Shown here in pieces: positions 17,005-24,596 of a stretch of DNA of 26,585 bases. Position 1 is the stretch's first letter. Every line of letters begins with the position of its first letter. Both the position numbers and the translations under genes were made by a program. The notes beneath the pieces are model-generated. The model ran no database searches and was not told the DNA's origin. It saw nothing but the letters and a program-made list of their open reading frames with translations. The stretch is from an uncultured bacterium (GTDB lineage Bacteria > NPL-UPA2). The stretch is from positions 1 to 26,585 of the forward strand of contig CAZVBB010000001.1 of assembly GCA_964625285.1 (NCBI GenBank). The letters are read 5' to 3'.

Positions 17005-17583
17005 TTAGCTATTTTTGCCAATTTCCACTATATGAAGCGATGAATGTTGCGCTCCCTCCGGCTTGAGAATACTCTTCATTACCTTTATTTTTTTAGCCAT
17101 CAGTAAGCCTCCATCCCAATCTTCATTTGCCTTAATTGTTCTTATCAGTCCTTCTTTATTCTTTGCCGATCTCACCCTTCCAAGCGTCAGATGAGGATGG
17201 TAATCTCTCCCTTCTTCTGGAAACCCGCATCGCTTAAGAAGACCGCTAAGATTCTGACTGATAACGAAAAGTGTTTTACTTTCTTTTATACCTGCCCAGA
17301 TTACTCGCGGCCTCTTCAAGTCGGGAAAGACGCCTATCTTTGAGAGAAAAAGTTTAAACGGTTCAATATTACAGACAGAGTCTTCAGTCGCTTCAAAAAT
17401 AGGCTTCAGGTGAGAAACATAACCTAAAAATCTTAAGGTAAGATGAATGTTTTCAGGCACTACCCACCTAACGTCAGCGTCACACTTTTGTAATTTTTTC
17501 TGAATGTCAGCCAGCCTCTGCTGCACCTCCTCATCTATGTCTATGGCAATAAACACTCTATTTTTATCTTCGCTGTTTACCAT
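17005..17583 (-). CDS. thpR: RNA 2',3'-cyclic phosphodiesterase (2H phosphoesterase)
   Basis: FIAID, HLTLRFLG and PHLTLGR motifs. Probable start ATG 17583. Confidence 0.92.
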   Translation of the reverse strand: MVNSEDKNRVFIAIDIDEEVQQRLADIQKKLQKCDADVRWVVPENIHLTLRFLGYVSHLKPIFEATEDSVCNIEPFKLFLSKIGVFPDLKRPRVIWAGIKESKTLFVISQNLSGLLKRCGFPEEGRDYHPHLTLGRVRSAKNKEGLIRTIKANEDWDGGLLMAKKIKVMKSILKPEGAQHSSLHIVEIGKNS

Positions 17584-17598
17584 AATAACCAATGAATA

Positions 17599-17628
17599 AT
17601 TATACAACAGGTAAGCAAAAAATAGCAA
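17599..17628 (-). promoter_or_regulatory. Putative promoter for thpR-recA-degP-recX
   Basis: Minus strand TTGCTA (17628-17623), 18-bp spacer, TATAAT (17604-17599). Confidence 0.45.
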
Positions 17629-17690
17629 CAATATCAAAAAGGTTCAAAGACACAAGTTATATCTATTAAACTGGTGCCTCATTTTCAATC

Positions 17691-17771
17691 GAGCCCCTTG
17701 CAAAAATCCCGAAAATATCACTTTGTTCGGAATGACAAAAAGGGGAATTCTCATACTTTTGCAAGAGCCTC
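17691..17771. mobile_element. 81-bp MITE related to the GGCTGTCACAAAA family
   Basis: GAGCCCCTTGCAAAA / TTTTGCAAGAGCCTC inverted ends; AATC on both sides (17687-17690, 17772-17775). Confidence 0.7.
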
Positions 17772-17792
17772 AATCTATATTTTTTAGCATGT

Positions 17793-17975
17793 AGAGATTT
17801 CCGAAAAAGTCCGAAATCTCTGAAATCGGTGTAATCTGACCCGAAGGGTCATTCCGAGCGAAGCGAGGAATCTCAATGAGATTGCTTCGGCAAGTTCCCT
17901 CGCTGTCGCTCGGGACAAGCCTCGCAACGACGTCGGTGTAATCAGAGGTATCTGAATATTTTTTTCAGAGACCTC
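17793..17975. repeat. Double-hairpin repeat family, copy 4, interrupted by a GTCATT...AACGAC palindrome
   Basis: Hairpin A 17793-17821, insert 17837-17932 flanked by TCGGTGTAATC (17826-17836, 17933-17943), hairpin B 17944-17975. Confidence 0.85.
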
Positions 17976-18480
17976 ATGTAAGAGTTCTTTTTATCAGCTT
18001 TAGTGCTGCCTCAGAGGCACGTAATTTTATTGTGTTTCGTTCTCCTGTAAAGTGATGTTCTTCGCAGATGACCCTGTTGCCATCAGCAAGCCCCAGATAA
18101 ACAAGTCCAACAGGTTTTTCTGTCGTTCCTCCTCCTGGACCAGCAATCCCGGTTATAGCAATGCCAATGTCAACAGAGCTTGATTTTCTTACTCCATCTG
18201 CCATTGCCTCTGCTACTTGAGGGCTGACGGCGCCAAACTTTTTAATCATTTCCGGAGGGACTCTCAGGAGTCTAATCTTTGCTTCATTACTATAAGCAAT
18301 AATTCCCTCATGGAAATAACATGAGCTTCCGGGTACATCCGTTAACTTGCTGGAGACAATGCCCCCGGTACAGGACTCAGCAACAGCTATTGTTTTATTC
18401 TTTGAAATCAAAAGGTCGGCGACGGTTCTCTCGAGAGACTCCCTGCCCACCTCATGAGGGCAATTCCCTTTTGAGTTCAT
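17974..18480 (-). CDS. cinA: CinA C-terminal domain / NMN amidohydrolase PncC
   Basis: AVAESCTGG, PGSS.YF, GAVS..VAEAMA and TGIAGPGGGT.EKPVGLV motifs; no N-terminal MoCF-like domain. Confidence 0.88.
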   Translation of the reverse strand: MNSKGNCPHEVGRESLERTVADLLISKNKTIAVAESCTGGIVSSKLTDVPGSSCYFHEGIIAYSNEAKIRLLRVPPEMIKKFGAVSPQVAEAMADGVRKSSSVDIGIAITGIAGPGGGTTEKPVGLVYLGLADGNRVICEEHHFTGERNTIKLRASEAALKLIKRTLT

Positions 18481-18493
18481 ATTAGTATGCTTC

Positions 18494-18657
18494 CAAGAAA
18501 ATTCGTCGCTTCGCTCCTCATTTCCTTCCCTAAGGGGCTCCGCCCCTCGGGCGTCCGCCTGAGGCGGACTGTCACCCCATGAGGGAAACCAGATTGTTTC
18601 CCTATAAACTTCTCCTAATCCGCATAGGAAAGGTTTTATACTTTCCTATGCTACAAG
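18494..18657. repeat. 164-bp multi-hairpin repeat, copy 1
   Basis: Direct repeat of 19422-19565 with an extra 20-bp hairpin segment at 18533-18552. Confidence 0.92.
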
Positions 18658-18662
18658 GGACT

Positions 18663-18923
18663 TTATTTTTTGAAGACAACATCATTGCCTCGCACTCTCT
18701 CATTAACTTTGATACCTACGGCGTCTCCTTTCTTTCCTTCAGAGATAGAATCGTGCTCTATCTGCATGGAAGCGACATCCTGCTCAAAATCCGTTGTATG
18801 TCCCTTGATATGAATTTTGTCTCCAATTTTGAGTGGAGCAGTCAGCTTAATAACTGCAACCCCTACCTTATCAAAGTAGTGAGTAATCCTTCCAATCTCC
18901 TCCTCATTTCTTTCCTCTGTCAT
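18663..18923 (-). CDS. Small EF-Tu domain II / peptidase U32 C-terminal-like beta-barrel protein
   Basis: IGRITHYFDKVGVAVIKL...LKIGDKIHIKG.TTDFEQ.V.SMQIEH..I..GKKGD.VGIKV; 86 aa with a Shine-Dalgarno-like GGAGGTG upstream. Confidence 0.75.
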   Translation of the reverse strand: MTEERNEEEIGRITHYFDKVGVAVIKLTAPLKIGDKIHIKGHTTDFEQDVASMQIEHDSISEGKKGDAVGIKVNERVRGNDVVFKK

Positions 18924-18978
18924 CTTATTTTCACCTCCCCGATTAATAAATAATCTATAGTTGAGAGCCCAGAGTCGT

Positions 18979-19419
18979 CTACTTTTCCCACGTATTTCCT
19001 AAGTATTTTGCTTCTCCACAAAACTGATTTTGATAAGCCTTTTTTATATCTTCTTCTATATCAGGACGAAAGTCTATTTCTGAAAGAGAATTAAGGTCAA
19101 TCCTTTCTACACCTTCAAGGATTTCCTCACTACCTAATTTTAGCTCACCGCCCAATATTTTTCCAGTGAAATAAAGGTCAATTGTATGGCGGTGCCCATC
19201 CGGAGGAATGGTATCCCCGATAAATACAAGTTTTCCTAATTCTATCCTGAGATTTATCTCTTCTTCTATCTCCCTTATTGCCGTTTCTTTTAGCGTCTCT
19301 CCATATTCTACTGTACCGCCTGGAAGAACCCAATAACTATGCCCTCTTTTACGATGTTTAACAAGATACAGCCTTCCATCTTCAATTAGAATAAGAGATA
19401 CTCTTATTTTGGGATACAT
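18979..19419 (-). CDS. NUDIX hydrolase
   Basis: WVLPGGTVEYGETLKETAIREIEEEINL Nudix box. Start placed at ATG 19419 because the upstream ATG lies inside the repeat. Confidence 0.88.
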   Translation of the reverse strand: MYPKIRVSLILIEDGRLYLVKHRKRGHSYWVLPGGTVEYGETLKETAIREIEEEINLRIELGKLVFIGDTIPPDGHRHTIDLYFTGKILGGELKLGSEEILEGVERIDLNSLSEIDFRPDIEEDIKKAYQNQFCGEAKYLGNTWEK

Positions 19420-19421
19420 CT

Positions 19422-19565
19422 CAAGAAAATTCGTCGCTTTGCTCCTCATTTCCTTCCCTAATCCGCCTCAGGCGGACTGTCACCCCATGAGGGAAACCAG
19501 ATTGTTTCCCTATAAACTTCTCCTAATCCGCATAGGAAAGATTCTATACTTTCCTATGCTACAAG
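19422..19565. repeat. 144-bp multi-hairpin repeat, copy 2
   Basis: Near-identical to 18494-18657 apart from the 20-bp segment. Confidence 0.92.
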
Positions 19566-19577
19566 CTATGCCTCATT

Positions 19578-20699
19578 TCATTCGGCAACCTGCATAGGAT
19601 TGAAATTCCTACTCTTTAAGTTATCTTCCATTTTGTTCATTAATTCATTTAGTCCTATTTTTTTCAGGGCAGAAATTGGAATACCATCAGGAAATTCATT
19701 CTGGATTTGGTGTCTCTCAACAGCACCCGGGACGAGGTCTATTTTATTAAGAGCAGTGATAATCGGGATTTCTCCTGCTCCAATTTCATTGAGAACGTTC
19801 AGGACAATCTTATTTTGCTCTTCTCGCATAGGATGGCTTGCATCTAAAACATTAATAAGGATATTTGCTTCAGCAACCTCTTCAAGAGTTGCCTTAAAAG
19901 CAGCAATAAGGTTATGCGGAAGTTCTCTGATAAAGCCAACCGTATCTGTTATAAGAATTTCCCTGCCAGAAGAAAAAAATACCTTCCTCGTCGTGGGATC
20001 GAGCGTTGAGAAAAGCTTATCCTCAACTGCTACGTTAGAATGACCCAGTGTGTTCAGGAGAGTTGACTTTCCAGAGTTCGTGTATCCAACGAGCGAGGCA
20101 ACTTGAAAAGAATGACTCTTTCTTCCTTTTCGCAACAATGTTCGATGTTTTTTTACTTTTTCTATTTGCTCTTCAATTTTCCCGATACGGAGACGAATTG
20201 CCCTGCGGTCAATCTCCAGTTGAGGCTCACCATGCCCTCTTCCACCTAAGACTCCCCTAACTTGCGAAAGTCCAACCCCCTTCCCTGTAAGTCGGGAAAG
20301 AAAATGCTTCAGTTGCGCTAACTCCACCTGTAGCTTCCCTTCTTGTGACCGCGCCCTCTGTGAGAAGATGTCAAGTATAAGTTGAGTTCGATCAATTATT
20401 CTTGCATTAATAATTCTTTCCAGGTTACGTTGCTGAGTAGGGCTAAGTTCATTGTCAAAAATCACCAGGTTACATCCTGCTTCGCTAATTGCCCTTTCTA
20501 TTTCTTCTGCCTGACCTTGACCAATGAAAGTTGCTGGATTTACCCTTGTTTGTCGGAGTGTAGTGACAAAGCCAATTTTAGCTCCGAGGGTCTCTGCGAG
20601 TAGCTTCAATTCAGCAATGGCATTCTCCAACCCCCAGCGACGGGGGCCTGGCTTAATCAAGACAAGCGCAGCCTTCTCCTTATCCCGTGTAGAAAACAT
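19578..20699 (-). CDS. hflX: Ribosome-splitting GTPase HflX
   Basis: LILDIF.QRA.S.EGKLQVELAQL, GYTNSGKS, DTVGFI and NKID motifs; AAGGAGGT upstream of ATG 20699. Confidence 0.95.
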   Translation of the reverse strand: MFSTRDKEKAALVLIKPGPRRWGLENAIAELKLLAETLGAKIGFVTTLRQTRVNPATFIGQGQAEEIERAISEAGCNLVIFDNELSPTQQRNLERIINARIIDRTQLILDIFSQRARSQEGKLQVELAQLKHFLSRLTGKGVGLSQVRGVLGGRGHGEPQLEIDRRAIRLRIGKIEEQIEKVKKHRTLLRKGRKSHSFQVASLVGYTNSGKSTLLNTLGHSNVAVEDKLFSTLDPTTRKVFFSSGREILITDTVGFIRELPHNLIAAFKATLEEVAEANILINVLDASHPMREEQNKIVLNVLNEIGAGEIPIITALNKIDLVPGAVERHQIQNEFPDGIPISALKKIGLNELMNKMEDNLKSRNFNPMQVAE

Positions 20700-20725
20700 T
20701 GTTTTAATAATTACCTCCTTGAGGT

Positions 20726-21637
20726 TCAACCTCGTAAGACTGGTGTTATCCACTTTAAAATTAGTTCTTCGCTTCTGCCTTTATCAGCGTCAATCCAGTG
20801 AATACGGCTTTCCTTGCGAAACCATGTAAGCTGTCTTTTAGCATATCTTCTGGTATTGCGTTTTGTGAGCCTTTTTGCCTCTTCTAAATCATAATTACCC
20901 TTGAGATAACCGCAGACTTCTTTATATCCGAGCCCCTGCATAGATGGGAGATGTTCTCCATATCCTTTATTTAGTAAGTTCTCCGTTTCAGCAATAAGGC
21001 CAGCGTTAAACATTCTCTCAACTCTATCTTCAATCCTATTATAGAGATTCTGAATGGTTCTCATTAACCCGATTATAACAAGATTTAGTTCACTGTCTTT
21101 TCCAACAGATTGAAAAGATGAAAATGGTTTTCCAGTGATCTTATAAACTTCAATAGCCCTGATTATTCTTATAACATCATTGGGATGGATTTTTGTAGCC
21201 GCAGGCGGATCAAGAGCTTGCAGGCACTTGTGAAGACGTGCTGACCCAAACTGCTTTATTTCTTCTTCCAATTCTTTCCTTATCTTCGGGTTCTCTCCAC
21301 AGTCAACATCAAGTCCGTTTGTCAAGGCTCTTAGGTAAAGTCCACAGCCGCCAACTAATATTGGAACTTTCCCCTTTTTTTCTATTTTCTTGATCGCTCT
21401 CCGTGCATCCCGGCAAAACTGCCCGGCACTGTATTTTTCATTCGGAAAAATAATGTCAATGAGGTGGTAAGGCACTTTTTCCTGCTCCGCCTTCGTTGGT
21501 TTTGCCGTTCCAATATCCATATATTTAAAGACTTTCCTTGAGTCAACGGAGATAATTTCTCCTCCTATCTCATGAGCTAATTTTGAGGCAGTCCCTACCT
21601 TTCCGACCGCCGTAGCGCCACAAATAGCAAGAATCAT
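20726..21637 (-). CDS. miaA: tRNA dimethylallyltransferase
   Basis: ISVDS, MDIGTAKP, PYHLIDI, ILVGGCGLY, GLGYKE and YAKRQLTWF motifs; variant P-loop GATAVGKV. Confidence 0.95.
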   Translation of the reverse strand: MILAICGATAVGKVGTASKLAHEIGGEIISVDSRKVFKYMDIGTAKPTKAEQEKVPYHLIDIIFPNEKYSAGQFCRDARRAIKKIEKKGKVPILVGGCGLYLRALTNGLDVDCGENPKIRKELEEEIKQFGSARLHKCLQALDPPAATKIHPNDVIRIIRAIEVYKITGKPFSSFQSVGKDSELNLVIIGLMRTIQNLYNRIEDRVERMFNAGLIAETENLLNKGYGEHLPSMQGLGYKEVCGYLKGNYDLEEAKRLTKRNTRRYAKRQLTWFRKESRIHWIDADKGRSEELILKWITPVLRG

Positions 21638-21644
21638 TATTTGT

Positions 21645-21968
21645 TCACTCCCGCATTACCTCCGTTACCCATTTAAGATAGCTTGAGTTGACATCTTCTA
21701 CTTTCAGCAGCACTATCTCCGGAACCTCATAAGGATGGATTTCTTCTAATCTTTTAAATGTCGAGCTTAGAAGCTTATCCGTTGTTTTCAAAAAAAGTAT
21801 GCACTCATCGTCTGTCTGGATTTTCCCTTTCCAGAAATACTTGCTTTTTACTGAACCAACCCTGTTCACACAGGCAACGAGCTTTTCTTCAAGCAATAGA
21901 TTTGTAATCTCTTCTGCCTTGTCTTCAGGACAAGTAGTCATAATCAGCTTCAATTTTCCCTCTGCCAT
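21645..21968 (-). CDS. cutA: Divalent-cation tolerance protein CutA
   Basis: LLEEKLVACVN, S.YFWKGKI and HPYEVPEI motifs. Confidence 0.93.
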   Translation of the reverse strand: MAEGKLKLIMTTCPEDKAEEITNLLLEEKLVACVNRVGSVKSKYFWKGKIQTDDECILFLKTTDKLLSSTFKRLEEIHPYEVPEIVLLKVEDVNSSYLKWVTEVMRE

Positions 21969-21999
21969 GACACCCCTCTTCTTTTATCAAGCTATCTCT

Positions 22000-22024
22000 G
22001 TCGGGGTAAACTCTGCCCGACTAC
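22000..22024 (-). repeat. Single GTAG-type REP
   Basis: Minus strand GTAG-TCGGGCAGAGTTTACCCCGAC, an imperfect palindrome. Confidence 0.5.
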
Positions 22025-22033
22025 CATCAAATT

Positions 22034-22300
22034 CTTGTCCCGCTCTTTAAAATTACAAGCACCAAACCACAAATTGACAACCTTGTTGTCATTCTGAGGG
22101 CAAAGCCCGAAGAATCTCATGTCATTACTACTAACAGTGAGATTCCTCGCTCCGCTCGGAATGACTTGCAGAGCAAGTCAGTTTTGAACATTTGGTAATT
22201 TGAATTTGTTTGTGATTTGACACAAAGTGTCTCACTTAATTTAAGGTTACAGAAAATTATAGCCGTGATGGGAATTTGTATATTGTGATTTTAACATTGC
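22034..22300. repeat. Composite heptamer-arm element, copy 2
   Basis: Shares the 42-bp left end, TCAGTTTTGAACATTTGGT and GGAATTTGTATATTGTGATTTTA with 7678-7876. Confidence 0.88.
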
Positions 22301-22331
22301 ATTTTACCCTCTGCTCTCTACTCTCTACTCT

Positions 22332-23810
22332 CTACTCTCTGCTCTCTGCTTTTCCTTCCAGCGCCCATTGACAAGCCCCAGTAATGGTAACCGACACTAA
22401 ATCTCCAATTATACCTTTTTCTCCTTCGAAAACAACAACTTTATTTGTCCTTGTCCTACCTAATAATTTGAAAGGAGCTTTTTTCTTTGTTTCCCCAGCC
22501 AGCACCTCAACTCTTCTGCCAATCAGGTTTTCATTTCTCCTAACACTTATTTCCCCCTGAACCTCCTGGAGCCTCTTAAGCCTGTCCTTCTTTACGTTTT
22601 CAGGGACTTCATTCTTCATCTTTGCTGCCTCAGTTCCTGGACGAATAGAATATTTATACATAAATGCGTTGTCAAATTCAACCTTTCTTACTATATCAAG
22701 TGTATCTTCAAATTCCTTCTCGCTTTCCCCGGGAAAGCCAACAATAAGGTCTGTCGTTATTGATAATCCTGGAATGGTTTCTCTTGCCTTTGAAATAAGG
22801 TTTAGATAAAAATCTCTCGTGTATCCCCTGTTCATCAGTGCAAGGATTCTATTTGAGCCGGACTGCAGTGGAAGGTGAAGATGCTCGCAGACCTTTGGTA
22901 AGTCAGAAACCGCCTTCAGTAAGCGCGGAGTTACCCCTGATGGATGAGAAGTAATAAAGCGGATGCGTTTCACTCCATCAATACCGTTAATCTCTTCAAG
23001 CAAATCTGCAAGGTCAATATTTTTCCATCCATTGGTCGTTTTCAATCTGGATTTATATGAAGTAATATCCTGCCCAAGAAGCAAAAATTCCACAAAACCC
23101 TGTTCTGTTAGATGGACTATTTCATCAACAATTTCTTCAAGTCCCCTACTCTTCTCCTTTCCTCTCAGATATGGAACCACGCAATATGAGCAGAATTTAC
23201 TACATCCTCTCATAACTGCTAACGATGTGCTAATCTTTCCATCTTTTATGATTGGAAGATTAGTAAACCCCGTTAGAAAGGATGGGGCTTTGAACCCCAC
23301 CCTTTCTTGAAATAAGGATGGCAATTTATATTCATCCCCACCCCCAGGGGTGGGGCTTTCTAACGGGGTAAATGGCAGTTTGTCACTTTCTCCAATATCA
23401 ACAATTCCCTTTGTTGCTTTCGCCTCATTCAAGAGCTCCCCTATTCGGTGGAAACTATGTGTCCCGCAAACCAGACTCACGGAAGGAAAGCGACGAATAA
23501 TTTTTGCCCCTTCTTTCTGAGCCATACATCCACACACCCCGATAGTTAATGGCTTACTCTCTCTAATCTTTGATAATCGCCCCAGTTCACTCCACACCTT
23601 ATTTTCAGCGTGCTCTCTTACGCTACAAGTATTAAGTAAAACCACATCAGCCCTTGAGGCATCATCTATAAGACCATATCCATCGCCGGTTAAAATACCC
23701 GCCATAATCTTTGAATCATACTCATTCATCTGACAGCCGAATGTCTTAATATAAACCGAGGGCTTTCTTTGGGCGAAAGTCTTCATAGGTTTACGGTTGT
23801 TTTTAGGCAT
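22332..23810 (-). CDS. miaB: tRNA-2-methylthio-N6-dimethylallyladenosine synthase MiaB, with a 35-aa MITE-derived insertion
   Basis: TFGCQMNEYDS, LNTCSVRE.AE, GCSKFCSYC (CX3CX2C), HLPLQSGS, TDLIVGFPGE and TRAM domain. Confidence 0.96.
   Translation of the reverse strand: MPKNNRKPMKTFAQRKPSVYIKTFGCQMNEYDSKIMAGILTGDGYGLIDDASRADVVLLNTCSVREHAENKVWSELGRLSKIRESKPLTIGVCGCMAQKEGAKIIRRFPSVSLVCGTHSFHRIGELLNEAKATKGIVDIGESDKLPFTPLESPTPGGGDEYKLPSLFQERVGFKAPSFLTGFTNLPIIKDGKISTSLAVMRGCSKFCSYCVVPYLRGKEKSRGLEEIVDEIVHLTEQGFVEFLLLGQDITSYKSRLKTTNGWKNIDLADLLEEINGIDGVKRIRFITSHPSGVTPRLLKAVSDLPKVCEHLHLPLQSGSNRILALMNRGYTRDFYLNLISKARETIPGLSITTDLIVGFPGESEKEFEDTLDIVRKVEFDNAFMYKYSIRPGTEAAKMKNEVPENVKKDRLKRLQEVQGEISVRRNENLIGRRVEVLAGETKKKAPFKLLGRTRTNKVVVFEGEKGIIGDLVSVTITGACQWALEGKAESRE
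23268..23368. mobile_element. 101-bp MITE inserted in frame in miaB
   Basis: TIR CCCCGTTAGAAAG / CTTTCTAACGGGG; TAAA at 23264-23267 and 23369-23372; 101+4 = 105 bp = 35 codons. Confidence 0.92.
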
Positions 23811-24204
23811 TTAATTCCTCATCAGGAAACATCATTTTAACAAACTTTTCTGCTTCTTCTATGTCTTTCTCAAGGGTTTTCCGCTTAGGAATCGAAGAAA
23901 TAGGTAACGGATAGCGCTCTATTAGATAATAAGATGATATCCGTTTACAAATCTCTCTAAATGACTCCAGGGAAGGTTTATATTTGACAGCGTCATCTAA
24001 AAGAGCGTCAAGGTCATGTATCTTTTTTAGGGCCCACCCCGATTGCAATAAGAAAGCCTTTATATACTTTTCCAGTGCTTGTTGCAGGAAAAAAGCAGTA
24101 GCTTCCATATCATTTTCTTTGAGCATTATGAAAATACGACGCCAATCCTTTCTCGCATATTTTAGCCAATCTGGTGGGTACAATGAGTTTTTTGCCTCTT
24201 TCAT
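23803..24204 (-). CDS. HEPN-domain protein (QQA.EK..KA / K.HDL / RYP subtype)
   Basis: QQALEKYIKA, KKIHDL and YY..ERYP motifs; coupled to the MNT gene. Confidence 0.88.
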   Translation of the reverse strand: MKEAKNSLYPPDWLKYARKDWRRIFIMLKENDMEATAFFLQQALEKYIKAFLLQSGWALKKIHDLDALLDDAVKYKPSLESFREICKRISSYYLIERYPLPISSIPKRKTLEKDIEEAEKFVKMMFPDEELNA

Positions 24205-24518
24205 AGTTCTACTCCTGTTTTTAAAATCTCTTCAATGAATTGATCGCCTATTCTTATTTTTTCTTCCAACTCAGATTGATTGAGCACTATGGGGAAAAAG
24301 GGTAGTCCATAACGAAGGTTATGAGCAATTGTTTTGACTCTTGCCATTCTCTCAAAGAAATCTTCAGTGGTTGGTGCGATCACCAATAAATCCACGTCAC
24401 TATCTTCCCCTGCCTCACCTCTTGCATAAGAGCCGTAGAGGATGACCTTTTCGGCACGATATTCTTTCTTTAACCGTTCGCTTATCCTTCGCAGTCGTTC
24501 AGAAATTTCCTGGTTCAT
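24201..24518 (-). CDS. Minimal nucleotidyltransferase (MNT)
   Basis: VILYGSYARG....DSDVDLLVI (GSX10DXD); 105 aa. Confidence 0.92.
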   Translation of the reverse strand: MNQEISERLRRISERLKKEYRAEKVILYGSYARGEAGEDSDVDLLVIAPTTEDFFERMARVKTIAHNLRYGLPFFPIVLNQSELEEKIRIGDQFIEEILKTGVEL

Positions 24519-24596
24519 AACACCACCTTCCTAATTGGCCGTAATACCGAAGATGTCACGCATAGCGTGAGACTTTTATGTAAATTGTGGTTTTCA

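Noticed and set aside
16913-17690. LexA box upstream of recA or thpR
   Set aside because: No CTGT-N8-ACAG or GAAC-N4-GTTC match seen by eye. A lineage-specific box cannot be excluded.
18579-18953. Plus-strand ORFs starting MRETRLFPYKLLLIRIGK (also within 19409-19597)
   Set aside because: The shared peptide is simply the translation of the duplicated hairpin repeat, and the rest is antisense to a real gene.
20700-20726. hfq missing between miaA and hflX
   Set aside because: miaA-hflX without hfq is common outside Proteobacteria and some Firmicutes; no remnant is visible.
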